A stretch of 32,000 nucleotides of DNA. It comes from Candidatus Electrothrix yaqonensis (GTDB lineage Bacteria > Desulfobacterota > Desulfobulbia > Desulfobulbales > Desulfobulbaceae). Below the pieces are notes generated by a model, which worked only from the letters and a program-made list of their open reading frames with translations, searched no databases and was not told the origin of the DNA. This document shows positions 18,518 through 26,268 of this stretch, piece by piece. The DNA is taken from the NCBI GenBank assembly GCA_047651235.1, contig CP178758.1, positions 90,001 to 122,000 of the forward strand, written 5' to 3'. A program made the translations under genes and the position numbers. The first letter of the stretch is position 1, and the number at the start of each line of letters is the position of its first letter.

Positions 18518-18976
18518 TTATGCAGTGCGGAGGACAACTACGGCTTCTTTGTCCCGTTCCGCAATCTGCCGGGCCGCCTTGGCAGGCACTACTTCAAAAA
18601 TATCGTTGAACCGGACCACAGCCAATCGACCTTTACTGAGCTGATCAATCATTTCCTCTGCAGCAAAAATCCGGTGAATTTTCTTGTCCACAGCAAAATG
18701 ATAGGGAGAACCGTTCCCGTCCAGTTCCAGCCGGTTCTGTTCAATCAGCTGTTTAATCTGGGCCTGCTGTTCACGTCGCCGCTGTTCCTCTGCCCGTTTT
18801 TGATTGATCTCCCGGTTCCGCTGCGCCTCCGCAGCCCGCGCCGCCGCTGCTGTGTTGACTGCTTTGTCCTTTTTTTTCTTTTTCTGGTTCTGATACTGCT
18901 CCTGTTTTGCCTTGTTCGCCTGTTTTTTGCTGACCAGTCCTGCCTTGAGCAGCTGATCCTGCAGTGGATTGCCCAT
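18518..18976 (-). CDS. DUF2058 (YaiL-like) protein
   Basis: The N-terminus LQDQLLKAGLVSKKQANK, a Lys/Glu/Gln-rich coiled region and the IKQLIEQNR...F.F pattern match my recollection of E. coli YaiL (LQEQLLKAGLV...VKQLIEMNR). Confidence 0.7.
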   Translation of the reverse strand: MGNPLQDQLLKAGLVSKKQANKAKQEQYQNQKKKKKDKAVNTAAAARAAEAQRNREINQKRAEEQRRREQQAQIKQLIEQNRLELDGNGSPYHFAVDKKIHRIFAAEEMIDQLSKGRLAVVRFNDIFEVVPAKAARQIAERDKEAVVVLRTA

Positions 18977-19012
18977 GACTCCTCCTTTGTTTTTTTTCGC
19001 CGCAGCGGTCGG

Positions 19013-20140
19013 TTATGAACGTCTGTCCGCTTTATCTGCGGAACAGGACCGTTTTTCCCGGGCCAGAGCGCGCATATCCTTTGCCCTGTCCGATTCATCC
19101 ACAATCTCCCGTCCGATAATCTCTTCGAGAATATCCTCCAGGCTGATGACGCCGGTCACGCTGCCGTATTCATCCACCACCACAAAAAGATGCTGATGTT
19201 TCTCAAAAAACTCCAGCATGACCTTATTCAGCGGGGCAATCTCCGGCACAAAATGAGCTGGCTGCATGATCTCCGCAAGCCGGCATTCATGCCTGCCTCC
19301 CGCCACCGCCTGCATGACCTCGTAACTGAGGACAATACCGACCACATCATTGCTGTCCCTGCCGTACACCGGCACTCTGCTGTGCACACTCCACTGCTCT
19401 GTCAGATGTGCCGCTTCTGTCACCTTCATCTCTTTATCCAGGGTGAAGGTCACTGTTCTCGGCGTCATGACCTGACGCACGGTCTTTTCGCGCAGGTCGA
19501 TGATATTGGTGATCACCTTTTCCTGATCCCTTTCGATTTCTCCGGCTCTCCGGCTCATCCGGGCAACAGCGGTCACCTCTTCTGCAGAGATTGATGCGCC
19601 TGATCTTTTGGGAATAAGGTGCGTCATAGCCTGACAGACCAGGATAATCGGTTTGAGGACAAACACCATCAGCTGCAGAGGACGGGCAATGTACGGAGCC
19701 AGCGGCCCGTTGAACTCCACCCCGATGGTTTTGGGCAGAATTTCTGACAGCAGCAGGATCACCAGGGTAAAAAAGACGGAAAACCAGATCAGGTTGCTTT
19801 CCCCCAGGACAGATGCGGCAGCAGCACCGGCCACTGAGGCGCCCATGGTATGGGCAATGGTATTCAGGGTGAGAATGGCGGTGATGGGCTGATCAATATT
19901 ATTTTTCAGTTTTTTGAGAATCGCCGTGGTGTTCGGCCGCGTTTCCGCCAGCAGCTCAATGCGGCTCATGGGCAGGGAATAGAGCACAGCCTCCAGCACG
20001 CTGCAGAGCGCTGAAACGCACACAGCCAGAATAACGGCAACAGTAAGCTCCAGAAGCACGAGGTACCCTCCGGCAATTTTATATGATATATGTGATGTCC
20101 TGCCCGACAACCGGTCGGACTCCCTGCCGGGATACGGCAT
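19013..20140 (-). CDS. CNNM/DUF21 membrane domain plus CBS-pair protein (HlyC/CorC-family transporter lacking the C-terminal CorC_HlyC domain)
   Basis: Four predicted TM helices carry the ILPKTIG motif, followed by a CBS pair (V.QVMTPR ... DEYGSVTGVISLEDILEEIIGREIVDESD). The ORF ends about 25 aa after the CBS pair. The N-terminal ~25 aa may lie upstream of the true start. Confidence 0.8.
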   Translation of the reverse strand: MPYPGRESDRLSGRTSHISYKIAGGYLVLLELTVAVILAVCVSALCSVLEAVLYSLPMSRIELLAETRPNTTAILKKLKNNIDQPITAILTLNTIAHTMGASVAGAAAASVLGESNLIWFSVFFTLVILLLSEILPKTIGVEFNGPLAPYIARPLQLMVFVLKPIILVCQAMTHLIPKRSGASISAEEVTAVARMSRRAGEIERDQEKVITNIIDLREKTVRQVMTPRTVTFTLDKEMKVTEAAHLTEQWSVHSRVPVYGRDSNDVVGIVLSYEVMQAVAGGRHECRLAEIMQPAHFVPEIAPLNKVMLEFFEKHQHLFVVVDEYGSVTGVISLEDILEEIIGREIVDESDRAKDMRALAREKRSCSADKADRRS

Positions 20141-20166
20141 CTATCCGAAATTCATTGCTGCTCATT

Positions 20167-21903
20167 CTACATAAGTTCATGACGGTAGGCCCGCTCGTAC
20201 ACCGCGATAACATCTGCCAATGAAGGCTGTCTGGGATTATTTTCCACCGGCCGGGCCACGGTCAGGGCAATTTCCGCCATCTTCGGGATCTGATCAAAGG
20301 GGATATCCAGCTCTTTGAGGGTGGCAGGAATCCCCACATCAGCATTCAGATCATACAGGGCCTCGACACAGAGCGTTGCAGCGTCGCGCCGGGACAAACC
20401 GTCTGTCTGCTGCCCGAGGAATTCGGCCAGCAGGGCAAACTTTTCAAAATTACCGGGCAGGTTGAACTGCACCACATAGGGCAGAAGCACAGCATTGGCC
20501 AGCCCGTGCGGGATGCCGAACATGCCGCCCATGGGGTAGGCCATCGCATGGACCAGTCCGACTCCGGCTGTGGCCAGGGCCTTACCGCCCAGCAGGGAAC
20601 CCATGAGCATGGCGGTTCTGGCCTGGAGATTACGGCCGTCAGCGCAGGCTGCAGGAAGATTGCGGGCAATCAGGTCAATAGCCTCCAAGGAATACATTTC
20701 TGAAATAGCATGGGCCTGAGTGGAAGTGTAGGCCTCCAAGGCATGAGTCAGGGCATCAATCCCGGTATAGGCCGTAACTTTGGCAGGCAGACTGAGGGTC
20801 AGCTCCGGGTCAAGAATGGCCGCATCCGGGTAAAGCGGGTCGCCGTTCATGCCGCCCTTGGAACCGGTCTCCTCGTTGATGAATACGGCGGTGAAGGTGA
20901 CTTCCGCGCCAGTTCCGGCTGAGGTAGGAATCATAATCTTGGGCACGCCCGGCTTTTTGATCAGTCCTAGCCCCAGATAATCCACCGCCTTGCTGCCATT
21001 AGTCAGGAGAATGGAGACGGCCTTGGCCACATCCATTGCCGAGCCGCCCCCTGCCCCGACCACACAGTCACAACCTGCTTCTTTCGCGATGTCATATCCC
21101 TTATCCGCCAGCTTCAGACCCGGTTCAGGATCAATTTTATCGTATACGGAGAACGGAATATGTTCTTTTTCCAGAGGCGCTGTGAAGCGGTCGAGCAGAC
21201 CGGCCTTGACCAGCCCCGGATCGACCACCAGCAGCACGTTGGTGCCGTTGAAGTCTTTGACTGTCCTGCCCAGATCGTTGACCATGCCTGCGCCGAACTG
21301 AATCCTGGTGGGCTGGGTCACGGTGAATGCCTGTGTACTGTTCATAGTCCTTCCTTTTTTTTCTTTTCGTCTCGAAAAAATATAATGTCGTTGCCCGCAA
21401 GGTGCGGCAATGATTTTCTGTTCAAGAAAATCTGCAATTTTTTTTGCCTCATCAAGGTGAAAGATCAGCTCTCCAGCTTCTCCGGTTCTTTCGCCCCTGT
21501 CCTGGTCCGTGGCCAGAGCAATAACCCCGGCGACCTGATCCCGCAGCGGGGGGCCTCCTCTGGAGACTTCAATCTTGGCAATATCTTCCGCCTCCTTGAA
21601 TCCCTCTCCAATGACGATATCCGCATCAGCAAAAAAACGGCAGGCCAGCGCAGAGAGATTTTTCTCCGGTGCATCCACAGTCAGGACCAGCTGATCCGGG
21701 GCAACCAAGGTCACCGCATCCGCCCCGGCTGCTTTATAGTAACCGGTATCTGTTCCCTGCTGATCCGGCAACAGTCCGGTCTCCTTGCTGGATTTGATCA
21801 CCGCTACGGAATATCCCCGTTCCTTGAGCTGCCGGACAACCTGTACAGCCAGGGTGGTTTTACCGGAATCGTGCCAGCCTATGAAGGTGATGACAGGAGG
21901 CAT
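20167..21903 (-). CDS. Continuous 578-aa ORF: MobB-like P-loop domain (aa 1-~170) joined to an iron-containing (group III) alcohol dehydrogenase (aa 187-578)
   Basis: The MobB part has ITFIGWHDSGKTTLAVQVVRQLKERGYSVAVIK. The ADH part starts at an internal ATG (21345) preceded by AAGGAAGG, and has GGGSAMDVAKA, HALEAY and HAMAYPMGG..HG.ANA motifs. The junction contains an A8 run (T8 on the plus strand, 21355-21362). Confidence 0.75.
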   Translation of the reverse strand: MPPVITFIGWHDSGKTTLAVQVVRQLKERGYSVAVIKSSKETGLLPDQQGTDTGYYKAAGADAVTLVAPDQLVLTVDAPEKNLSALACRFFADADIVIGEGFKEAEDIAKIEVSRGGPPLRDQVAGVIALATDQDRGERTGEAGELIFHLDEAKKIADFLEQKIIAAPCGQRHYIFSRRKEKKGRTMNSTQAFTVTQPTRIQFGAGMVNDLGRTVKDFNGTNVLLVVDPGLVKAGLLDRFTAPLEKEHIPFSVYDKIDPEPGLKLADKGYDIAKEAGCDCVVGAGGGSAMDVAKAVSILLTNGSKAVDYLGLGLIKKPGVPKIMIPTSAGTGAEVTFTAVFINEETGSKGGMNGDPLYPDAAILDPELTLSLPAKVTAYTGIDALTHALEAYTSTQAHAISEMYSLEAIDLIARNLPAACADGRNLQARTAMLMGSLLGGKALATAGVGLVHAMAYPMGGMFGIPHGLANAVLLPYVVQFNLPGNFEKFALLAEFLGQQTDGLSRRDAATLCVEALYDLNADVGIPATLKELDIPFDQIPKMAEIALTVARPVENNPRQPSLADVIAVYERAYRHELM

Positions 21904-21958
21904 GGAGCAGATGAATTCTGTTCAGAATTTTAGGATGGTCGGATATTTCTCCTCAGAC

Positions 21959-22576
21959 TCACATGGAAAAAATAGTCTCCAGCGCAACAGAAAATCCGGC
22001 AAGCGTTACAGACTGCACCTCGCCTTCCCCTTCGACCTCCTGATGCAACTGAAATTTTTCCCCGCTGCTGGTGAAGACCTCCACGCTCTTCCGGCCCGGA
22101 TCGACAATCCAGTATTCTTGCACTCCGGCCCGTGCATAGGCCCGGAACTTTGTCCGCAGGTCATGATAGGCGGATGACGGGGACAGCACTTCAACGACCA
22201 GATCCGGCGCCCCCTTAATCATCTTTTCCCCGATAATGGAGAGATGATCTTTGCTGATAAAAAAGATGTCGGGCTGAAAGATGTTGTTTTCATCCAGCGC
22301 TACATCAAGCGGGGCGATAAAGACTTGGCCCCTTTCTTTGGACTTGACGAATCGGAGCATCTGAAAGGCCAATTCCATAATCACAGCCTGATGCAATGGG
22401 ATGGGCGAGGGACTCATAATAAGTTCTCCGGCGATAAGTTGGCAGGGAGTGCCTTCGGGCAGATTCAAAAACTGCTCACGCACGCTCTGCTGTTTTTCCG
22501 GATGCCGAATATAATGACGGGCAGCAACAGCCTCCGGCGGGGGATTGCTGATTGTTCTTCCGGGTTCTGTCTGCAT
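21959..22576 (-). CDS. Uma2-family (DUF820) PD-(D/E)xK-type endonuclease
   Basis: 205-aa ORF with AGGAG 8 nt upstream of the ATG. It has ELI.G.LIMSPSP, H........L, PLDV......QPDI.FI, APDLVVEVLSPSS and Y...GV.EYWIVDP blocks typical of Uma2. Confidence 0.8.
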   Translation of the reverse strand: MQTEPGRTISNPPPEAVAARHYIRHPEKQQSVREQFLNLPEGTPCQLIAGELIMSPSPIPLHQAVIMELAFQMLRFVKSKERGQVFIAPLDVALDENNIFQPDIFFISKDHLSIIGEKMIKGAPDLVVEVLSPSSAYHDLRTKFRAYARAGVQEYWIVDPGRKSVEVFTSSGEKFQLHQEVEGEGEVQSVTLAGFSVALETIFSM

Positions 22577-22842
22577 GTTTCTTCTCCTGCTGGCTGGAAC
22601 TGTTCATGCCTGCAACGGGATATCGGCTTTCCCATACAATCGAAGCATCATAGCAGGGACAGTACAGTATGAAAACCGAAAAAAAACACTCAACGCAGCT
22701 TATTTGCCAGGAAAATAAACTTGCTGCCTGTCGCTTCCGTTGTGCTCTTTTATGATTGCGGGGGTACTTTCTGCCTGATCGTATGGGTTCGACAGCCAGC
22801 GCAAATGTTTCCGGCACATCGGTAAAAATTGACTCTATTTCG

Positions 22843-22871
22843 TGGATAGGGCTTTGAAAAAAGAGTACAAT
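22843..22871 (+). promoter_or_regulatory. Candidate sigma70-type promoter (TGGATA-17 nt-TACAAT) with no downstream ORF
   Basis: -35-like TGGATA at 22843-22848, a 17-nt spacer, and -10 TACAAT at 22866-22871. This is pattern matching only. Confidence 0.2.
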
Positions 22872-22912
22872 AGTATTTCTCATCGTTGAGAGAGCCTGAG
22901 TGAAATTTATCT

Positions 22913-22955
22913 GATAGCGATACGGTCTCCTGCTCGTCTCGCTATCTACCTTTTT
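22913..22955 (+). terminator. Orphan plus-strand intrinsic-terminator-like hairpin plus T-run
   Basis: gatagcgatacgg / ctcgtctcgctatc forms about a 12-bp stem with one mismatch, followed by tacCTTTTTcc. No plus-strand gene lies upstream, and the flank on the minus-strand reading is less U-rich. Confidence 0.35.
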
Positions 22956-22973
22956 CCGGGCGGCAAAGGCTGG

Positions 22974-23016
22974 CATGGAGGTCACATTTTTTGAAAATAC
23001 CCGGACATGGAGGTCA
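22974..23016. repeat. Two 11-bp direct repeats CATGGAGGTCA spaced 32 bp start to start
   Basis: Exact copies at 22974-22984 and 23006-23016, in the argS/Uma2 intergenic region. Confidence 0.6.
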
Positions 23017-23097
23017 TAGTAGACCACGGGCTATTCCCGTATCGTCCCTAGCGGGACGGTTTCCCATTGCTGACAGAAATAACGTCCCGGATGGACA

Positions 23098-23128
23098 GTT
23101 GAAAATAGCCCCGTGATTTATCGCGGGG
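23098..23128 (-). terminator. Rho-independent terminator of argS
   Basis: Minus-strand CCCCGCG-ataaat-CACGGGG hairpin (one mismatch) begins 10 nt after the argS stop and is followed by CTATTTTC. Confidence 0.5.
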
Positions 23129-23138
23129 CATACTTCTT

Positions 23139-24794
23139 CTACATCCTCTCCGGCGCAGTCAGGCCGACCAGCGCAAGCCCGTTGGCCAGCACCCTCTTCA
23201 CACCCTGACAGAGACAGAGACGGGCAGCGGTGAGCTGCTGATCCTCTGTAACCACCTTGTGCTTATTGTAGAAGGAATGGAAATTGGCCGCCAAGTCCAT
23301 GAGGAAAAAAATAATCCTGTGCGGTGCAAGGTCAGCGGCGGCATTAGCCACCAGCGCAGGATAGGAACCCAGCGTTTTGAGGAGCTGATACTCTTCCTGC
23401 TCCTGGAGAAGATTCAGATCGGCATCAGCAAGCTGCGGCAGACAGACCCCCTTTTCCACGGCCATGCGTTCGATGGAACAGAGCCGGGCATGGGCATACT
23501 GGACGTAATATACCGGGTTCTCCTGGCTCTGGGCTGTGGCCAGCTCCAGATCAAATTCCAGCTGGGAATCCGGCTTGCGCATGAGGAAAAAGAAGCGGAG
23601 TGCATCAACGCCTACCTCATCCACCAGTTCATCCACCGTAACAAAGGTGGCCTTGCGGGTGGACATCTTAACCTGTTTACCGTCCCGCAGCAGGGTGACA
23701 AACTGGTGCAGAATCACCTCCACCTTGGATTTATTATAGCCTAGGGCCTCGATTCCGGCCATGACATCGGGTACGGTAGCGATATGGTCGGCCCCGAAGA
23801 TATCAATCATCCAGTCAAAGCCGCGCCGGAATTTCTCCCGGTGGTAGGCAATGTCGGGCAGGCGGTAGGTGGGCTCGCCGGTCTTCTTGATGATCACCCG
23901 ATCCTGCTGCTGGCCGAACTCAGTAGTTTTAAACCAGGTGGCCTCATCCTGCTCATACACCAGCCCTCTGCCCCGCAGCTTGTTGACCACGTCGTCGATC
24001 CGGCCTTCCTCGTACAGGGTGTGCTCGTTGTAGTAGGAATCAAAGGTAATGCCGATCCGCTTGAGGGTGGCATCAATATCGGCAAAGATGGCCTCCTCGG
24101 CCCGTTTACGGAAAACATCCTGATCCGCATCCCGGAACTCATCACCGGCCTCGTCAATCATGGCCTGGGCGATGTCATAGATATAATCGCCCTGATAGCC
24201 GTCTTCCGGGAACTCGTTTTCTAGGCCCAGCTTTTCCAGATAGCGCGCCCGCAGGGAATCGGCCAGTACCCGCATCTGCCGGCCTGCATCATTAAAATAA
24301 TACTCACGGGTGACCTTGTGGCCGGTGGCCTTGAGCAGGCGTGCAATGCTGTCGCCGAGGATGGCATTGCGGCCGTGCCCCACGCTCAGCGGCCCGGTGG
24401 GGTTGGCGCTGACAAACTCCACCATGACCTTTTTTCCCTTGCCGATATCGGACAGGCCGAACTGCTCCCCCTGCTCGGCAATGGGGGCAAGCACGGTGCT
24501 CCAGACCGAGGGCTTGAGGAACAGGTTAACAAACCCCGGTCCGGCAATCTCCACCTTGTCCAGCAGGGTGCTGTCTTCCTTGAGCAGCTCAACCAGCTGC
24601 CCGGCGATCTCACGGGGGTTGCGTTTTTCCTTGCCTGCCAGCACCATGGCAAAGTTGGTGGCAAAATCGCCCTGGCCCTCGTGGCGGGGTACTTCCACAT
24701 TGTACAGACCGGCACCGGCCTCGGACCAGAGGCCCTGGTCCACGCCCCGGCTGAAGCACTGATCAACCAGGTCTTTCAGTTGTGATCGTATCAT
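23139..24794 (-). CDS. argS: Arginine--tRNA ligase
   Basis: The ORF extends to 24950, but the ATG at 24794 has GGAGAA 7 nt upstream and gives MIRSQLKDLV.... It has the class I HIGH-type motif (SANPTGPLSVGHGRN), the DALRFF.L block and the C-terminal anticodon-binding YVQYAHAR. Confidence 0.95.
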   Translation of the reverse strand: MIRSQLKDLVDQCFSRGVDQGLWSEAGAGLYNVEVPRHEGQGDFATNFAMVLAGKEKRNPREIAGQLVELLKEDSTLLDKVEIAGPGFVNLFLKPSVWSTVLAPIAEQGEQFGLSDIGKGKKVMVEFVSANPTGPLSVGHGRNAILGDSIARLLKATGHKVTREYYFNDAGRQMRVLADSLRARYLEKLGLENEFPEDGYQGDYIYDIAQAMIDEAGDEFRDADQDVFRKRAEEAIFADIDATLKRIGITFDSYYNEHTLYEEGRIDDVVNKLRGRGLVYEQDEATWFKTTEFGQQQDRVIIKKTGEPTYRLPDIAYHREKFRRGFDWMIDIFGADHIATVPDVMAGIEALGYNKSKVEVILHQFVTLLRDGKQVKMSTRKATFVTVDELVDEVGVDALRFFFLMRKPDSQLEFDLELATAQSQENPVYYVQYAHARLCSIERMAVEKGVCLPQLADADLNLLQEQEEYQLLKTLGSYPALVANAAADLAPHRIIFFLMDLAANFHSFYNKHKVVTEDQQLTAARLCLCQGVKRVLANGLALVGLTAPERM

Positions 24795-25120
24795 AGAAAT
24801 TCTCCAGAGATTCAGAGAGTAAAATTCAGAAAGTAAAACATATATATTCACGAAACCGGCCTGAATATACATCATCTGCGTCTCCGCTGCACCGAAGATT
24901 TTCAGCTTCGGGTTCTGGCGACGTTTTTGTTTACTTTTTCCGTATTCCATGTTAGCCGCTGCGATAAGAGGAAAAGTCTTTCTGTTTTTCGCCTCAATGT
25001 CGGTATAAAATTTTACGGAAAACTATTCAATGCTATGAGCGGAAGCGACAGGCTTGATACGCAGCAACTAGGCTTCCGCCGTCGAACAGCTCACATAGAT
25101 CAAAGAGGAGGAATTGAGAG

Positions 25121-26245
25121 ATGGCCAAGTTGTCAGTAAGCGTAAGCAGCCGTAAAAGAGATTTGATCGAATGGGATTTTACTCAGTTGCCGTGTCGAAA
25201 AGAGGATACTCCCTCTAAGGGCGGAGGAATCATTATGATGGCCGGTTCCACCTTCTTTATCGGTATGCCGACTTTGGCCGTGATCATGTCCATCCGTGAT
25301 GGAACGTTCGAGCCCGCCATGCTGATGGCGCTGATTTTAACGGTGAGCGGTATCGGTCTTTTCCTATTCGGCCTCTACTTGTTCTCTGCACGCACAGTGA
25401 CGGAGTTCGACGGCAAGACATTCCGTTATCGGAGCAAATCGCTCTTTGGCAGCAAGGCATGGGATGAGCCGTTGTCTAAGTACGAAGGAGTGCTGGCACG
25501 TAGTAAATACCACTCGGGCGGCAGGAACAGTTCGTCCTATACCGACTATATCGTCGAGCTGATACATCCTGACGAGCAACGCCGGATCACACTGTGGCAG
25601 AGCCGCAACAGTTCGTCCGGCCATCGCGCAAACTGGGAAAAGTACTGCCGACAATTCGGACTGCCCGCCCTCAAGGAGGACGGTGAAGGGTACACGCGGC
25701 GCGCCCCTGATGACCTTGACAAGTCTGTGCGTGAACTTGCAGCAGAAGGCAAGTTGGAGATCCCGTTCGATCCTGCTGCTGCCGTGCCCGAGGTGCTAAA
25801 ACTCAATATCCAAGGAGATCAACTGGAAATGGTAATCGGTACTCCTAAGACACCACTCTGGAAGTGGCTGATCGGGATGGTGATCACATTTGCCATCCCC
25901 GCTCTTTTTATCTGGATTGGAGGTGGACACGCTGTTTTCGGAGCACTATTCGGTGTGCTCATGGTGGGGGCATTCATCTGGACATTAATTGCGACACCTC
26001 TCGTGCGGATCAACCGGAAAGGTCTTCACGTCCTGTACCGCACCCCTTGGGGAGAAACGCGGGGGAAACGTATTTCTGCCGAGGCTATCAGGAATGTGCG
26101 TGTGGGTAAGGCAAGGCCAAGGCAAAGCTCGCCATCCGTTGTTGTGGAGACGGCTGCCACCAACCATGCCATCGGACAGGGACTTGAAGAGGATGCTCTG
26201 GAGTGGCTGAAGAACTGCATTCTCAGCAAGGTCGCGGACGGGTAA
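25121..26245 (+). CDS. Hypothetical membrane protein, paralog 1: (TM hairpin + soluble beta-rich domain) x2
   Basis: 374-aa ORF with AGGAGGA 9 nt upstream of the ATG. Four hydrophobic helices fall in two pairs (GIIMMAGSTFFIGMPTLAVIMSI / AMLMALILTVSGIGLFLFGLYLF and LWKWLIGMVITFAIPALFIWIGG / AVFGALFGVLMVGAFIWTLIATPLV). It is roughly 60% identical by eye to the next ORF. I recognise no family. Confidence 0.75.
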   Translation: MAKLSVSVSSRKRDLIEWDFTQLPCRKEDTPSKGGGIIMMAGSTFFIGMPTLAVIMSIRDGTFEPAMLMALILTVSGIGLFLFGLYLFSARTVTEFDGKTFRYRSKSLFGSKAWDEPLSKYEGVLARSKYHSGGRNSSSYTDYIVELIHPDEQRRITLWQSRNSSSGHRANWEKYCRQFGLPALKEDGEGYTRRAPDDLDKSVRELAAEGKLEIPFDPAAAVPEVLKLNIQGDQLEMVIGTPKTPLWKWLIGMVITFAIPALFIWIGGGHAVFGALFGVLMVGAFIWTLIATPLVRINRKGLHVLYRTPWGETRGKRISAEAIRNVRVGKARPRQSSPSVVVETAATNHAIGQGLEEDALEWLKNCILSKVADG

Positions 26246-26268
26246 GGATTTTAGCCGAGGAGAATACC

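Noticed and set aside
22476-23027. 183-aa minus-strand ORF spanning the argS/Uma2 intergenic region.
   Set aside because: It overlaps the well-supported Uma2 start out of frame, has no SD, is rich in Ser/Arg/Cys/Gln noise and matches no domain. The region is better explained by non-coding elements.
23036-23070. CCGTATCGTCCCTAGCGGGACGG looked superficially like a group II intron domain V hairpin.
   Set aside because: There is no complementary ATACGG 3' strand, no AGC triad context, no other intron domains and no reverse transcriptase ORF nearby.
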